Positions 30,043 to 40,185 are shown, counted from the first letter of the stretch. The stretch: 64,000 nucleotides of DNA from a bacterium (GCA_024278215.1 JAJRTR010000182.1:1-64000), one strand, 5' to 3'. Numbers and translations: made by a program. Notes: a model not told the origin generated them from the sequence alone.

Positions 30043-30282
30043 ATGAAACTCAAGAGACTGAAAACAGCAGGCTTCAGAGGCATATCAGGCACACTCGACA
30101 TCGACTTCACTGGAAGCGGCGGAATGTTCCAGCCTTTTTTATTCAGCAGTCCTGTACAATCTGAAAAAGAGAATCGAGACGCATTCCGGTCCTGTTTGCT
30201 CCTCATAAGACGTCGGCAATACGTTAGTTTGTCAACGCTTTTGATGATTTCTCAAATTCCGGGATTTATAACACTATTTTAA
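30043..30282 (+). pseudogene. Possible remnant N-terminus of an SMC/RecF/OLD-type ABC ATPase
   Basis: MKLKRLKTAGFRGISGTLDIDF fits the family's N-terminal strands; no Walker A follows. Confidence 0.4.
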
Positions 30283-30416
30283 CGTGCGGCGGAAGTCAAC
30301 CTGATCGAGGACCCGATGGCCGAATACGACCCGATCACCATCAACGGCTCGACGCGCAGGGTTGCTCTCGGACATCATGAGATAAAGACTTTAAAAGTAT
30401 CGAAGCAGCTGATGAT

Positions 30417-32144
30417 ATGGCCACACACAACAGTATTTTCGCGGAGAATATCGAAGCGTTGCGCCGAAATGACAGCCGCATGGCGGATGCGCTTGAAAAT
30501 GCCGCTGCAAGCGTGATTCCATATCAATTGGAGTCGTCACGTTCGGGGCTGCCGACGTTCTCGATTGTTAATGGCGCAAAAAAGAGGTACGTGCACAGCA
30601 AAGTCGATCCATTGCTCGAAGCTGCGAAAATGCTGGTGGCCTCGGATGTCGAAGGTGTGCGTACTCTAGTAATATGCGGCCTGGGACTTGGCTACATACT
30701 GAAAGCAATCGAGAAGTATTATAAAACACTTCCGTTCGTCATCATAGCAATCGAGCGCAGCCCGGAAGTTCTGGCCGAAGGCCTGCGCCATATCGACATT
30801 TCTTCCATTCTTGGCAATTCGAACTTCAAACTTTTCGCCGGAGACTGTGCGGACGATCTCATTCCAACGGTCCGCGAGCCGGTCCGCTATATTTTTATCC
30901 CGCCACTTTTTTCGCGTGACGAAAATTATTACGCACATTTCCTGCGGCGCGTCATGAAGAGCCTGGTTACTGAAAAAAGTCGCAAAACTCTGAAAATAGC
31001 ACTCCATATATATCCGTTCCTTTTCGACAGTCTGAAAAGAACTCTGCGGAATATGGGGCATGATGTGAAAACGATACGCGGGTCCGGAAACGTTGTCAGA
31101 AAATTGTCGGATGCCGTTCCGGACATCGTTGTTTCGGTCAATCTGCAACCCGAGCTTGCACACGCATGTAAACTGCTGCACATTCCCTATGCAGTCATCG
31201 GTATCGATGCCGTTGTGAATTCCGAGCTGCTCGATCCCGGCCTTGCCGCCGACTCGACACACCTTTTTCTGTTCAATAAATCCGACGCGCAACTTTTCAA
31301 TGATATCGGATACAAAAACGCATTCCATTTCCCGCTGGGAACAGATACGGATATTTTCAAACCTGTCTGCCCTCCGCCCGGCGCAACGGCGTCCGACATC
31401 TCTTTTGTCGGCCACTCATTTACGTCGGATGTCAACGAGTACAGGGAATCGATCGTTCCGAACCTGACCGAAATAGTATCGAGCGCCTCCGATACCGGCA
31501 TAGCCGAGGCTTCCGAGCGCGCCTTGTTCTTTTTCAGAGAAGCACTTGAAAAGCAGTGTGAAGATCATTTTACATATACTCTCGATTCCTTTTTTGGAGC
31601 GAATCCTGAGCGTGTCTCCGAACTTCGGAAAATATTCTCCTGTGAGACCGTAGGGACGTTGCCTGTCCTTCTCGGCAAAGAGGCATCGTGCAGAAAGCGG
31701 CTCGAGATAATCTCGAATATCGCCGCCCGGTACAGAATAGACGTCTATGGCGACGACGGATGGCGCGAAGCTTCAGGCCGGATGCTGAAGTTACACGGTC
31801 GGGTTCCCTACGGAAAACTCCCGGATATTTATTGTGCATCCGCGATAAACCTTAATATCAATCGCGTATATGCGACAGACCCCGTGCCGCTGCGCGTGTT
31901 CGACATAGCCGCCTGTGGCGCATTCGTCATGTCGGACCGTTCGTCGGACCTTGTCGACATATTCGAGCCGGACACCGAGATCGGCGTCTTCAGTTCGCTG
32001 CGCGAAATGCACGAAAAGATTGATTTTTTCCTCGATCATCCCGAACAGCGAAAAGCGGCAGCGGAGCGAGCACGAAAAAAGGTTGTCGAAAAATACTCCC
32101 TGAGGCATCGACTCGATATTATTCTTGACCTTTGCCTGGAATAG
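30417..32144 (+). CDS. Maf/DUF115-type N-terminal domain fused to a CgeB-like glycosyltransferase
   Basis: ENIEAL..SRSGLPT..YVHSKVDP..GLGLGY N-terminus; DISFVG, INLN, RVFDIAACGAF C-terminus. Confidence 0.8.
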   Translation: MATHNSIFAENIEALRRNDSRMADALENAAASVIPYQLESSRSGLPTFSIVNGAKKRYVHSKVDPLLEAAKMLVASDVEGVRTLVICGLGLGYILKAIEKYYKTLPFVIIAIERSPEVLAEGLRHIDISSILGNSNFKLFAGDCADDLIPTVREPVRYIFIPPLFSRDENYYAHFLRRVMKSLVTEKSRKTLKIALHIYPFLFDSLKRTLRNMGHDVKTIRGSGNVVRKLSDAVPDIVVSVNLQPELAHACKLLHIPYAVIGIDAVVNSELLDPGLAADSTHLFLFNKSDAQLFNDIGYKNAFHFPLGTDTDIFKPVCPPPGATASDISFVGHSFTSDVNEYRESIVPNLTEIVSSASDTGIAEASERALFFFREALEKQCEDHFTYTLDSFFGANPERVSELRKIFSCETVGTLPVLLGKEASCRKRLEIISNIAARYRIDVYGDDGWREASGRMLKLHGRVPYGKLPDIYCASAINLNINRVYATDPVPLRVFDIAACGAFVMSDRSSDLVDIFEPDTEIGVFSSLREMHEKIDFFLDHPEQRKAAAERARKKVVEKYSLRHRLDIILDLCLE

Positions 32145-32160
32145 CGAGAAAGGACATAAT

Positions 32161-32748
32161 ATGAGAATGAACAACAATAGCTCAATGTTGATATTAACAA
32201 CAACAATAATAATATTATTCTGCATTCCGACAATATGCGGATGCAACCGGCAGAAAACAGAAAAACAAGAGGGGGTTGCAGCAATGACAATGAAAATCGA
32301 AAGTCCGGCGTTTGCCGGAGGCGGCAGGATTCCGGCAGGGTTCACATGTTCCGGCGCGGACATCTCACCAGCGCTCAAATGGACGGCACCGCCTGAAGGA
32401 ACCGTGGAACTCGTTCTTATTATGGACGACCCCGACGCGCCGATGGGCACCTGGACCCACTGGATTCTTTATGGACTCGACCCGGCCACGCGCGAACTGC
32501 CTGAAGGCGTCTCGAAGGGCACAACAGCACCGGAAATCGGCGCGAAGCAAGGCATAACGAGCTTCGGCAGACCCGGCTACGGCGGTCCGTGTCCGCCACC
32601 AGGTCCCGACCATCGTTATTTCTTCAAACTCCATGCGCTCGACACCGCGACGAACCTGCCCGCCGGCGCTTCACTGCGCGAGGTGGAACACGCGATACGT
32701 GGTCACATCATCGCGGAAGCGCAACTTATGGGCACATTCAGCAGATAG
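32161..32748 (+). CDS. YbhB/YbcL (PEBP family) lipoprotein
   Basis: DISPAL.W, DDPDAP.GTWTHW, GYGGPCPP, HRYFFKL. Confidence 0.92.
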   Translation: MRMNNNSSMLILTTTIIILFCIPTICGCNRQKTEKQEGVAAMTMKIESPAFAGGGRIPAGFTCSGADISPALKWTAPPEGTVELVLIMDDPDAPMGTWTHWILYGLDPATRELPEGVSKGTTAPEIGAKQGITSFGRPGYGGPCPPPGPDHRYFFKLHALDTATNLPAGASLREVEHAIRGHIIAEAQLMGTFSR

Positions 32749-32775
32749 CGCCGGCAAAGCGGTTTCACAGACAGC

Positions 32776-32981
32776 TACACCGCATATTTCGCCAATGCGG
32801 GCCAAAAATCGGGAGAATGCCTGTAATGATAAGGCGCGGCAAGTGAGTGGGGAGGGAGCAGCCGGCCAGCCGGCCTCTTGCGCAAAATGCCGGTATGTGA
32901 CCGATCCCGAATCGCCGACGCAACGCAGTAGAACAGGCGTTATCGTGATTTTCCGGATTCCTTTGTGAGAAATCCGGGCTA
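32776..32981. mobile_element. MITE family B (about 206 bp including flanking TA), inserted in an A-derived fragment
   Basis: Reverse complement of 34434-34638; TA at both ends; removing it restores CAGCTATGGACAATTGCAG of family A. Confidence 0.88.
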
Positions 32982-33020
32982 TGGACAATTGCAGCCGAAT
33001 CAGAATCTTGCAATTGGCTC
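32982..33020. repeat. Right-end fragment of family A (deletion subtype A')
   Basis: TGGACAATTGCAGCCGAATCAGAATCTTGCAATTGGCTC; same deletion and ATAAG flank as the copy ending at 57402. Confidence 0.8.
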
Positions 33021-33026
33021 ATAAGT

Positions 33027-34403
33027 TCAGGAAATACCGCTTTTTTCGCCTTTGTCGTAATCCGGATAATATTTCACAAAGACGTAACAGGCGACAAAAC
33101 AGATTACGCCCGTGACCGGCCCGATGAGAATTACAGGGGTCGCGTTGCTTTTCGAGAACTCGCCGAACGGCGCGTAAACAGCATAGCGAATAATATAACT
33201 CAGCGCCATTCCCATTTTCATTGCAAAACCCAGCGCGCCCGCAAAAACAGCTTCGCGTTTCGGAACACGATGCACCTCCGAGTCTTCGTCTGCTATGTCG
33301 CCTATCAGGACATAAGGCAACACGAATTTCACCGCCTGCGGAAGCCCGGCGATTGTCACTATGCCGAACGCTGCGATCAACTGGATATTATCCGGAAGAA
33401 TCCCGACAAGGCCAAGTCCGAAAAAGACTACTCCGAACCCTCCCAGCCCGAACGCATAAAGTTTTTTCTTCCCATACTTTTCGGCAAGTTGGGGGATAAA
33501 GAAGCTTGCCCCGAGACAAACGAGGATAAACGGAAAAAGCAGGAGGGGAACAAATCCTTCATCTTTACCCAGGACAATAAGCGTATACTCGACAATAACT
33601 ATATTTATCAGAAAGATCGCCATTGAAAATATTGTTTCCGCAATAGTCAACACTCTGAACGAATGCAGCTTGAACGCTTCGCGGAATTGAGACATTATCT
33701 GCGCGACAGAGGAACCGTCCCCTTTTTCGACAGGTGTGTTGATATCGAACCGCTCTTTGATGTTCCAGCCGGCGAACTGGAAACACGCAAATGCGGCTGC
33801 ACCATATATCACGCCCATTGCTTTCGCTCCGACGGCATGGACTACAAAACCGCTCAAGTTGGCGATAACGAAACCCACAGCAAGTCCGATACCCCAGTAT
33901 TTCGCGAATTCGACACGCCCCTCTTTCGTGACGCCCACTTCAGGAGTGAGCGCCAGCAGTGGGATGAGCACCATCGTTATAGCCCACCAGAAGATAATGG
34001 AGACTGCCAGCCCGAAGACAAAATTCCATGTCGATGAATGCGCTATCGGCGGAAACCAGAAAAGAATAAATGAAATACATGCCGGTATCGACGCATAAAT
34101 GATCCATGGCCTGCGCCGACCAAGCCGGGAGCGTGTGCGGTCCGACCAGTAGCCCACAAGAGGGTCCGAAACAGCATCGGTCACCCTTGCCAGAAGCAGC
34201 ATACTGCTGGCTAGTATGAACGTCGTATAAAAAACCTGATTTGTGATGTTTTCATCTTTCGGGGCGTGGTAGAAAACCTGCGACCACATGAAATATGTGG
34301 CAGTTACAAACTGGATGCCCAGTGCGCTGCAAAAGTAGGCCATCCCCTCCAGCCTGGTAAATGGAAATTTTTCTCTTGTCGTTTTCTGTATGGTTTCGCT
34401 CAT
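33027..34403 (-). CDS. MFS transporter, GPH (MelB-like) family
   Basis: DAVSDPLVGYWSDRTRSRLGRRRPW, DIADED, about 12 TM segments. Confidence 0.92.
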   Translation of the reverse strand: MSETIQKTTREKFPFTRLEGMAYFCSALGIQFVTATYFMWSQVFYHAPKDENITNQVFYTTFILASSMLLLARVTDAVSDPLVGYWSDRTRSRLGRRRPWIIYASIPACISFILFWFPPIAHSSTWNFVFGLAVSIIFWWAITMVLIPLLALTPEVGVTKEGRVEFAKYWGIGLAVGFVIANLSGFVVHAVGAKAMGVIYGAAAFACFQFAGWNIKERFDINTPVEKGDGSSVAQIMSQFREAFKLHSFRVLTIAETIFSMAIFLINIVIVEYTLIVLGKDEGFVPLLLFPFILVCLGASFFIPQLAEKYGKKKLYAFGLGGFGVVFFGLGLVGILPDNIQLIAAFGIVTIAGLPQAVKFVLPYVLIGDIADEDSEVHRVPKREAVFAGALGFAMKMGMALSYIIRYAVYAPFGEFSKSNATPVILIGPVTGVICFVACYVFVKYYPDYDKGEKSGIS

Positions 34404-34433
34404 CGGCAGGCCTCATGTATTCGATATTCACGT

Positions 34434-34638
34434 TAACCCGGATTTCTCACAAAGAAATCCGGAAAATCGCTATAACGCCTGTTCTACTGCGTTGCGGCGG
34501 CGATTCGGGATTGGTCGCATACCTGCATTTTGCGCAAGAAGCCGGCTGGCCGGCTGCTCCCTCACCACTCGCTTGCTGCGCCTTGTGTTACAGGCATTCT
34601 CCCGATTATTGGTCCGCATTGGTGAAATATGCGGGCTA
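34434..34638. mobile_element. MITE family B (205 bp including flanking TA)
   Basis: Imperfect TIR TAACCCGGATTTCTCAC / TAGCCCGCATATTTCAC; reconstructed target ACGT-TA-ACGT is palindromic. Confidence 0.9.
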
Positions 34639-34847
34639 ACGTATTATCCGCTTGTGCGGATTGTGTCGGGATGCTGTTATCAAGGGATTATATATTAATG
34701 GGCGTAAGATAGGAAGAACCTGTGGAGGAGTGGGGCGTTCACAAAAAAAGCGGGGTTGCGTATTTTGCATCAGAGCCGATTGCGCAATCCGCTCCACTGT
34801 GTAAGGTAAAGCGGCACAAACAACATAATCTTCACAGAGGCAACTTA

Positions 34848-35128
34848 TAGTGTCGTGTCAACAAAGAAAAGACGTAAGATGGGTTAGCGTAAAAACGATA
34901 AAAGTGATAGGACGCGGTCATCGCAGGGTGTGCGACATAAAAGTAGGTTAAAAACAACCACATTTTCAATGTGCAAAAACAGGGACTGGTAACGCTGTTT
35001 TTTGCGGTACCTGTCACGCTTTTCGCACTTTTGTGTCGTACGCCCTGCACATCTCGCCTGAGCATATTTCTCTCGAAAACGGTTATTACAGGCACAGGTT
35101 GAGGCAGGAGGCGGTGACCCCGCCCTTG
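34848..35128. mobile_element. Element E left end plus module F (inverted relative to 24090), interrupted by MITE C
   Basis: TAGTGTCGTGTCAACAAAGAAAAGACGTAAGATGGGTTAGCGT then F sequence GAGCATATTTCTC.CGAAAACGG. Confidence 0.75.
34926..35045. mobile_element. MITE family C (120 bp, small internal deletion)
   Basis: Aligns with 27444-27571. Confidence 0.88.
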
Positions 35129-35244
35129 TGCATTTACAGATGTGCTGCGCCACTGAAAAACACGTTCTGCCGGAAAAGAATTCTTTCAATTAGGTGGAGA
35201 CTCGGTTATAATTGTGCAAAACAACACAGACGCGGAGAAAGAGT

Positions 35245-36216
35245 ATGAATAAATTCAGGATAGCTGCGATAGCTGTTTTGTTGATGTCGGTCGTAGTGTT
35301 TTTCGCACCGGAGCCGAACGCGGCAGAGCCGGAAACGAGCGGTCGCGAATACGTGTTTTATCTGCCTCTCTCCAAAGGGCTTGCCCAGGGAAGCTTCAGC
35401 AAACTGATGAGAGATATTGTAAAAACCCTTGCAAGTGTCACAGGGATCAAAATCAAATGTTTGCAGGATACGTATGATGTGGGAACAATCGTAAACAGCA
35501 TGGTATACGAAAAAATGTCTGCGGGCGAGGCAGATGTCAGTTACGTGAATTCTATCGAGTACCTGGAGGAACGTGAGAAATGGGACAAGATATTCCGGCC
35601 TGTCTTTCTCATTCAATTTAACGGAAAGTATTACAACGAGTACTGCATGTATGTGGACCGCGAAAGTAGCGTTGAAACAATCGGTGATACTCGCGGGATG
35701 GTCTGGGGCGGAATGGACACGGTGCAGACCCGCATGGTGCTGCACGATGCGGGAATAGATGAGCCGCTCGCCGATTTTTATTCAGCTCGCAAGTTTATTT
35801 TCGAATCTCCCGTCACTAATTATCTCGAAGCACTGGCACAGGGCGACATCGATGTTTTCGTGGCAAACAAGGGGCAGATGTTGATGAGCGGCGGTGTGCC
35901 GGGCTCGACTGGAAAAGTCAAGAGCATCGCATTCAAAGAGATCGCCTGTGTCGAGGGTGAACATTCATGGATTTTCGGGTTTCGCAAAAATGTTCCGAAA
36001 GAAATTGTGTCAAAAGTTATGAAGAACATTCTGAAGGCACACAAACTTCCTGAGTTCAGACAGTTCGGATTCCTCTTTGTAGCTATCAAGGGCCATTTCG
36101 CTCCGTTCAAGGAAGAAAACCTTACACGCACCAAGGAAATCGTCAAACTGAAAAAAGAATTTAACTGGAGAAAAGAACAGGCCGATTTTTACAAGACTGC
36201 GCCCGAAAGAGAGTAA
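35245..36216 (+). CDS. PhnD/SsuA-type periplasmic substrate-binding protein, orphan; paralog of 61200-62183
   Basis: Signal peptide; G.ADV, CMYV.....I.D..G..WGG, AL.QGDID patterns. Confidence 0.7.
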   Translation: MNKFRIAAIAVLLMSVVVFFAPEPNAAEPETSGREYVFYLPLSKGLAQGSFSKLMRDIVKTLASVTGIKIKCLQDTYDVGTIVNSMVYEKMSAGEADVSYVNSIEYLEEREKWDKIFRPVFLIQFNGKYYNEYCMYVDRESSVETIGDTRGMVWGGMDTVQTRMVLHDAGIDEPLADFYSARKFIFESPVTNYLEALAQGDIDVFVANKGQMLMSGGVPGSTGKVKSIAFKEIACVEGEHSWIFGFRKNVPKEIVSKVMKNILKAHKLPEFRQFGFLFVAIKGHFAPFKEENLTRTKEIVKLKKEFNWRKEQADFYKTAPERE

Positions 36217-36284
36217 GCGGTAAATGTCCGGGTGCGCGCGCTTCATGATGAGCAGCGCGCCTCAGCTCGTTTTGCCTGCGCATT

Positions 36285-36314
36285 TTGACTTTTCAAGAAT
36301 ATGCGATATATAAT
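36285..36314 (+). promoter_or_regulatory. Candidate sigma70 promoter (near-leaderless transcript)
   Basis: TTGACT-N18-TATAAT, 8 nt before ATG 36323. Confidence 0.55.
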
Positions 36315-36322
36315 CTGAAACC

Positions 36323-37150
36323 ATGAAAAGAACCTTTTTTACCATAATATTGCTGTTTTGCTCACTCTCATGCGGTGTGATCGTGAAGGCAGCCGGAGGC
36401 GCTGAAATGGCACCTCCTTCTATCCACAATGAGAAATCCATCATTAAAAGTTTCCTTATAGTTTGTGACGACGAAAGCATACGCTACTCGCTGTTCGCGG
36501 CAGCCGAAAAGGGTGTCAAATTCATCGAGCTGAAATCTGCGGCCACAATAATAAACCATAAAGAATGTTATGGTGCGGGAAGCTGCATGGTTTCCGGGGC
36601 AACACCGAAAGACCAATTGCCGAGCGATATTATTACCGCGCATGTGGCCTCCACCGGCAGCCTCGAACAGAAAGAAAAAACCAGAATCATTTTCGAGGCC
36701 GGCGAAACAAAAGTCTATTTCATAGGTTCGGTCCCCGGTTTCTCGAGTATGCCCACCGCTGTAGTGGCATCGGCAGATGCAAATAACGGGAACGATGAAA
36801 AAGATATTCAGGAAAAGACAGGCACGGCTAAAACAATCGACAAACCCGGGAAAACCGAATTAACCGCACCTCCGAAAAAAGGGCCCGAGATTACCGTTCA
36901 GGTGCGCAAAACAAGTTCAAACGATTTCACCGTTAAAATTCTCGCACGCGACGAGACAGGTATCGACTTCATCGAGATACTTGAAAACGGCAGCTTCATT
37001 GATGTACAAATATGCGGGAATAAGAAGGAATGCACATTCGTCAAAGAATTGAAAAAGAGGAAACCGGGCAGAAACAGATACCTGATAAAGAGTATGAACT
37101 CGGAAGGCGCGCTCAGTTTCCAGGAAGAGCTCATTTCATTCACCCGGTAG
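36323..37150 (+). CDS. Hypothetical secreted protein with C-terminal Ig-like domain
   Basis: Signal peptide; GPEITV...A.D..GI...Y.I...N..G pattern. Confidence 0.7.
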   Translation: MKRTFFTIILLFCSLSCGVIVKAAGGAEMAPPSIHNEKSIIKSFLIVCDDESIRYSLFAAAEKGVKFIELKSAATIINHKECYGAGSCMVSGATPKDQLPSDIITAHVASTGSLEQKEKTRIIFEAGETKVYFIGSVPGFSSMPTAVVASADANNGNDEKDIQEKTGTAKTIDKPGKTELTAPPKKGPEITVQVRKTSSNDFTVKILARDETGIDFIEILENGSFIDVQICGNKKECTFVKELKKRKPGRNRYLIKSMNSEGALSFQEELISFTR

Positions 37151-37185
37151 TTCTTTCAAAGGTATTCAATAATGAAGATACGTAT

Positions 37186-37363
37186 GAGCCAATTGCAAAA
37201 TTATGATTCTGCTGCGGTCGGCTGCTATAGTCCATAGCTGCGTTGTCGGCGCGAAATCGTCCTCGACGTACTCTGCAAGTACGCCTGCGAGGATTTTACA
37301 CCTTCGCCTTGCTCTGGACAATTTCGCTCGCCCTCGCTACAAATATATTTTTGCAATTGGCTC
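37186..37363. mobile_element. MITE family A (178 bp)
   Basis: TIRs present; flanks GTAT / GAAT (3/4). Confidence 0.9.
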
Positions 37364-37442
37364 GAATTTTATTTTTTTGATTGATCTAACCGGACATAAA
37401 TGATAAAATAGCGGTTGATCCCGGAAGCAGCAGAGGGCGGAT

Positions 37443-37664
37443 ATGGCGCTTAAAAGGAAAAAAGAACCACCGAAAGAAAAACTGTATACGTTCGATGAGA
37501 TGCGCACAATTCTCCAGGTGGACAGGCGCAGACTCATGGAATGGGTGCAGTACAGGAAGATCCCGCATGTCAGAATAAAGGGGCAGGTCAGGTTCAAGAT
37601 GTCTGAAATAGCACAATGGATGATGGAAAAGAAAAAACCGCCGCAAAAGTTCAGCTTCAAATAA
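37443..37664 (+). CDS. HTH_17 / excisionase-like DNA-binding protein
   Basis: LYTFDEM..IL.V....L..W.....IP...I.G.VRF pattern. Confidence 0.8.
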   Translation: MALKRKKEPPKEKLYTFDEMRTILQVDRRRLMEWVQYRKIPHVRIKGQVRFKMSEIAQWMMEKKKPPQKFSFK

Positions 37665-37689
37665 TTTTACCTGTACGGCATGGAACCCC

Positions 37690-38067
37690 ATGGATATTCA
37701 ACAGACCAATCCCGAGGCGAGAGACGCTGTGCTTCTGCGTCTTGAAGGCAGCCTTGTCAGGCATGAAGACCAGGAACTCGAACTACTGATCCGTGAACTG
37801 ATTGACAGACATTGCCGCCGCTTTGTGCTGGACTTCAATCTCGTCGACTTCATAGACAGCGCCGGTATCGGACTCATTATGAAATTTGCCGCACTCATCG
37901 AAAAGGCAGGCGGCGCCCTGCTGCTGTGCAACCCGCAGGACAATGTGCAAAATGTTTTCTCGATGCTCGGCATCGAGTCCCGCTTTAAGATTTTCGACGA
38001 TCTCGCCAAGGCACTCATTGCCTGTGGTCGACAACTTAACCTCGAAATTATCTCCGTCAAATTCTAA
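37690..38067 (+). CDS. STAS anti-sigma-factor antagonist
   Basis: LDFNLVDFIDSAGIG with canonical phosphoacceptor Ser. Confidence 0.9.
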   Translation: MDIQQTNPEARDAVLLRLEGSLVRHEDQELELLIRELIDRHCRRFVLDFNLVDFIDSAGIGLIMKFAALIEKAGGALLLCNPQDNVQNVFSMLGIESRFKIFDDLAKALIACGRQLNLEIISVKF

Positions 38068-38387
38068 TCTGCATTGGTGCAATATGAGAGTTTATCCCAA
38101 TACCGTTCTCTTAATAGTACAGATCGACCTCGTGTTATTTATCCTCGAAAACCCGGCGCCGGATAGATTCCCGGACTTTTGCCTTGCAGCCTGAAGGGAA
38201 ACGTGGTACTGTCCAAATAATAGGTGTATACTTATACTTGTAGACGTTGTTGATACGTCCGCATTCTTCAAGTTTGCTGCGTGCCTGTAAGGAGCTGGAG
38301 ACCTCGTAATATAAGGAAGCCAACAGAGTCTACAATCCCGCATTTATATTGCAGCGGCAAACAGTGAACGCCGAGAAACAGAATAAT

Positions 38388-39893
38388 ATGAACAAAAGCC
38401 GCCTGGCATTAGTCATTCCCCCTGCCGTATCCGCAGTACATAAGGACGTGGCAATGAAGGAAAGCCTGCCTCACATCGGCATCGCCTACCTCGCGGGCAA
38501 CCTCGACCGCAGCAGACACGATGTGCGTGTCTTCGACTGTCCGGCGACAGGGACTTCACTTAAAAAACTTATTTCAGAATTACGATCCTATGATCCAACA
38601 GTTGTCGGTTTCACTTCGTTCACACAACAAATTGTCGATACCCACTATTCCGCAGAAGCTGCAAGGGCTGCCCTGCCCGGCGCGGTTATTCTGATCGGCG
38701 GCTATCACGCTGCCGCAGTGCCCGGGGAAACAGCCGAGCGGTTCCCTGCTTTCGATGTTGTTGTCCGGGGAGAAGGGGAGCACACGCTCAACGAGCTGAT
38801 GAACACCGTGGCAGACGGCGGTTACCCGGATGCCCTTTCGGAAATAGCGGGACTATGCTACATGCACGGCGACACTCCATACAAAACGCCCGAAAGACCT
38901 TTTATAGAGGAACTCGACTCGCTGAAATTCCCGGCTTACGACCTTATGCCGATGGAACTTTACAGCGGTTTCTACAGTTTCTTCACGCTCAGACGCCGCA
39001 CCGTGCCGCTCTCCACGGGTCGAGGCTGCCCCTACCACTGCATATTTTGCTATAAAGCAACAGGCGACAGATACAGGGTCAGGAAGATCGCATCTGTCAT
39101 GGAGGAAGTGCGCCGCGATATCCGCGACTTCAATGTTCAGGATATCGTGATCACCGACGAATCGTTCCTGCAATACAAAGACCGCATCGTCGAATTCTGC
39201 GAAACTATTCTCACCGAGGGAATCCAGAAAAAAGTCAAATGGATATGCCAGGCTCGTGTCAACCATGCAGACCCTGATGTGCTGAAACTCATGAAACGCG
39301 CCGGTTGCCGTGTCATCTGCTACGGCATCGAATCCGGTGACCGCGAAATATTGAAAAGAATAAAAAAGGGCATTACTTTCGAACAGGCCCACAATGCCAT
39401 AAACTGGGCGAAACAGGCAGGGATCCTCACCGACACAAACTTTATCATCGGTCACCCCGGAGACACACGGGAAACAATAAAACGCACGATAGATTTCTCG
39501 AAAATACTTAATGCCGATCTCGCCTCGTTTGCCATCCTCGTGCCGTTTCCCGGCACCCGTGTCGCTGAGATGGCGCGGCGCGGAGAAGGTGGCCTCAAAC
39601 TCATCTCCGACGACTACTCACAGTTCGGCAAACAAGTCGGCGGGGCTATGACTCTCGACACTATCGAGCGTTCCGAACTCGAACGGCTTCACCGCAGCGC
39701 ATACATGAAGTTCTACCTTCGTCCTTCCCGCATTCTTAAACTCTTCATCGTCGCCGACATTCGTATGCTTTTCATCATGGCGCTCCACACTTTGCTCACA
39801 AAACTCGGTCTCTCCGACCCCCGCCGCAAACCGCCTGAAATCGTAATTGCAAACAACACCACAATATCAAAAGAGACAACGTCTTCGACTTGA
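38388..39893 (+). CDS. Cobalamin-binding radical SAM protein
   Basis: PHIGIAYLA, GGYHA, GEGE, GRGCPYHCIFC, GIESG, FIIGHPG. Confidence 0.93.
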   Translation: MNKSRLALVIPPAVSAVHKDVAMKESLPHIGIAYLAGNLDRSRHDVRVFDCPATGTSLKKLISELRSYDPTVVGFTSFTQQIVDTHYSAEAARAALPGAVILIGGYHAAAVPGETAERFPAFDVVVRGEGEHTLNELMNTVADGGYPDALSEIAGLCYMHGDTPYKTPERPFIEELDSLKFPAYDLMPMELYSGFYSFFTLRRRTVPLSTGRGCPYHCIFCYKATGDRYRVRKIASVMEEVRRDIRDFNVQDIVITDESFLQYKDRIVEFCETILTEGIQKKVKWICQARVNHADPDVLKLMKRAGCRVICYGIESGDREILKRIKKGITFEQAHNAINWAKQAGILTDTNFIIGHPGDTRETIKRTIDFSKILNADLASFAILVPFPGTRVAEMARRGEGGLKLISDDYSQFGKQVGGAMTLDTIERSELERLHRSAYMKFYLRPSRILKLFIVADIRMLFIMALHTLLTKLGLSDPRRKPPEIVIANNTTISKETTSST

Positions 39894-40185
39894 TCGAAGA
39901 ATCCTCCGGAGCAAGCACCGGGGAATTCTTTTCGATTGCGGGCGCAGGCGGCTCACTCGTGACGGAGAGAATGCGCGTCTCCGGAAAATGATGAACTAAC
40001 CCGCATATAGCATTTATTATTTAGAACTGCATACGTATAGTTACGATTATCATGTACAAAGGAAAGAACCCTTTATTGTCGCGTCAACAATGAAAAGACG
40101 TAAGAAAATAATTTAGCCCGTACAAAATCTGTTGTATAAAAAAACCAATAAAAAGGTGTTTCTTTCTCTTTCGATTAGGGGCTTT

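Noticed and set aside
32633..33022. ORFs within MITEs (also 14696-14902, 27404-27847, 34361-34698, 37203-37403)
   Set aside because: They are translations of repeat sequence with no transposase motifs
34430..34642. 4-bp ACGT target duplication for MITE B
   Set aside because: Better explained as a TA duplication in a palindromic target; the 32776 copy has no 4-bp repeat
37443..37664. Prophage or ICE suggested by the excisionase-like gene
   Set aside because: No integrase, phage or conjugation genes in the window
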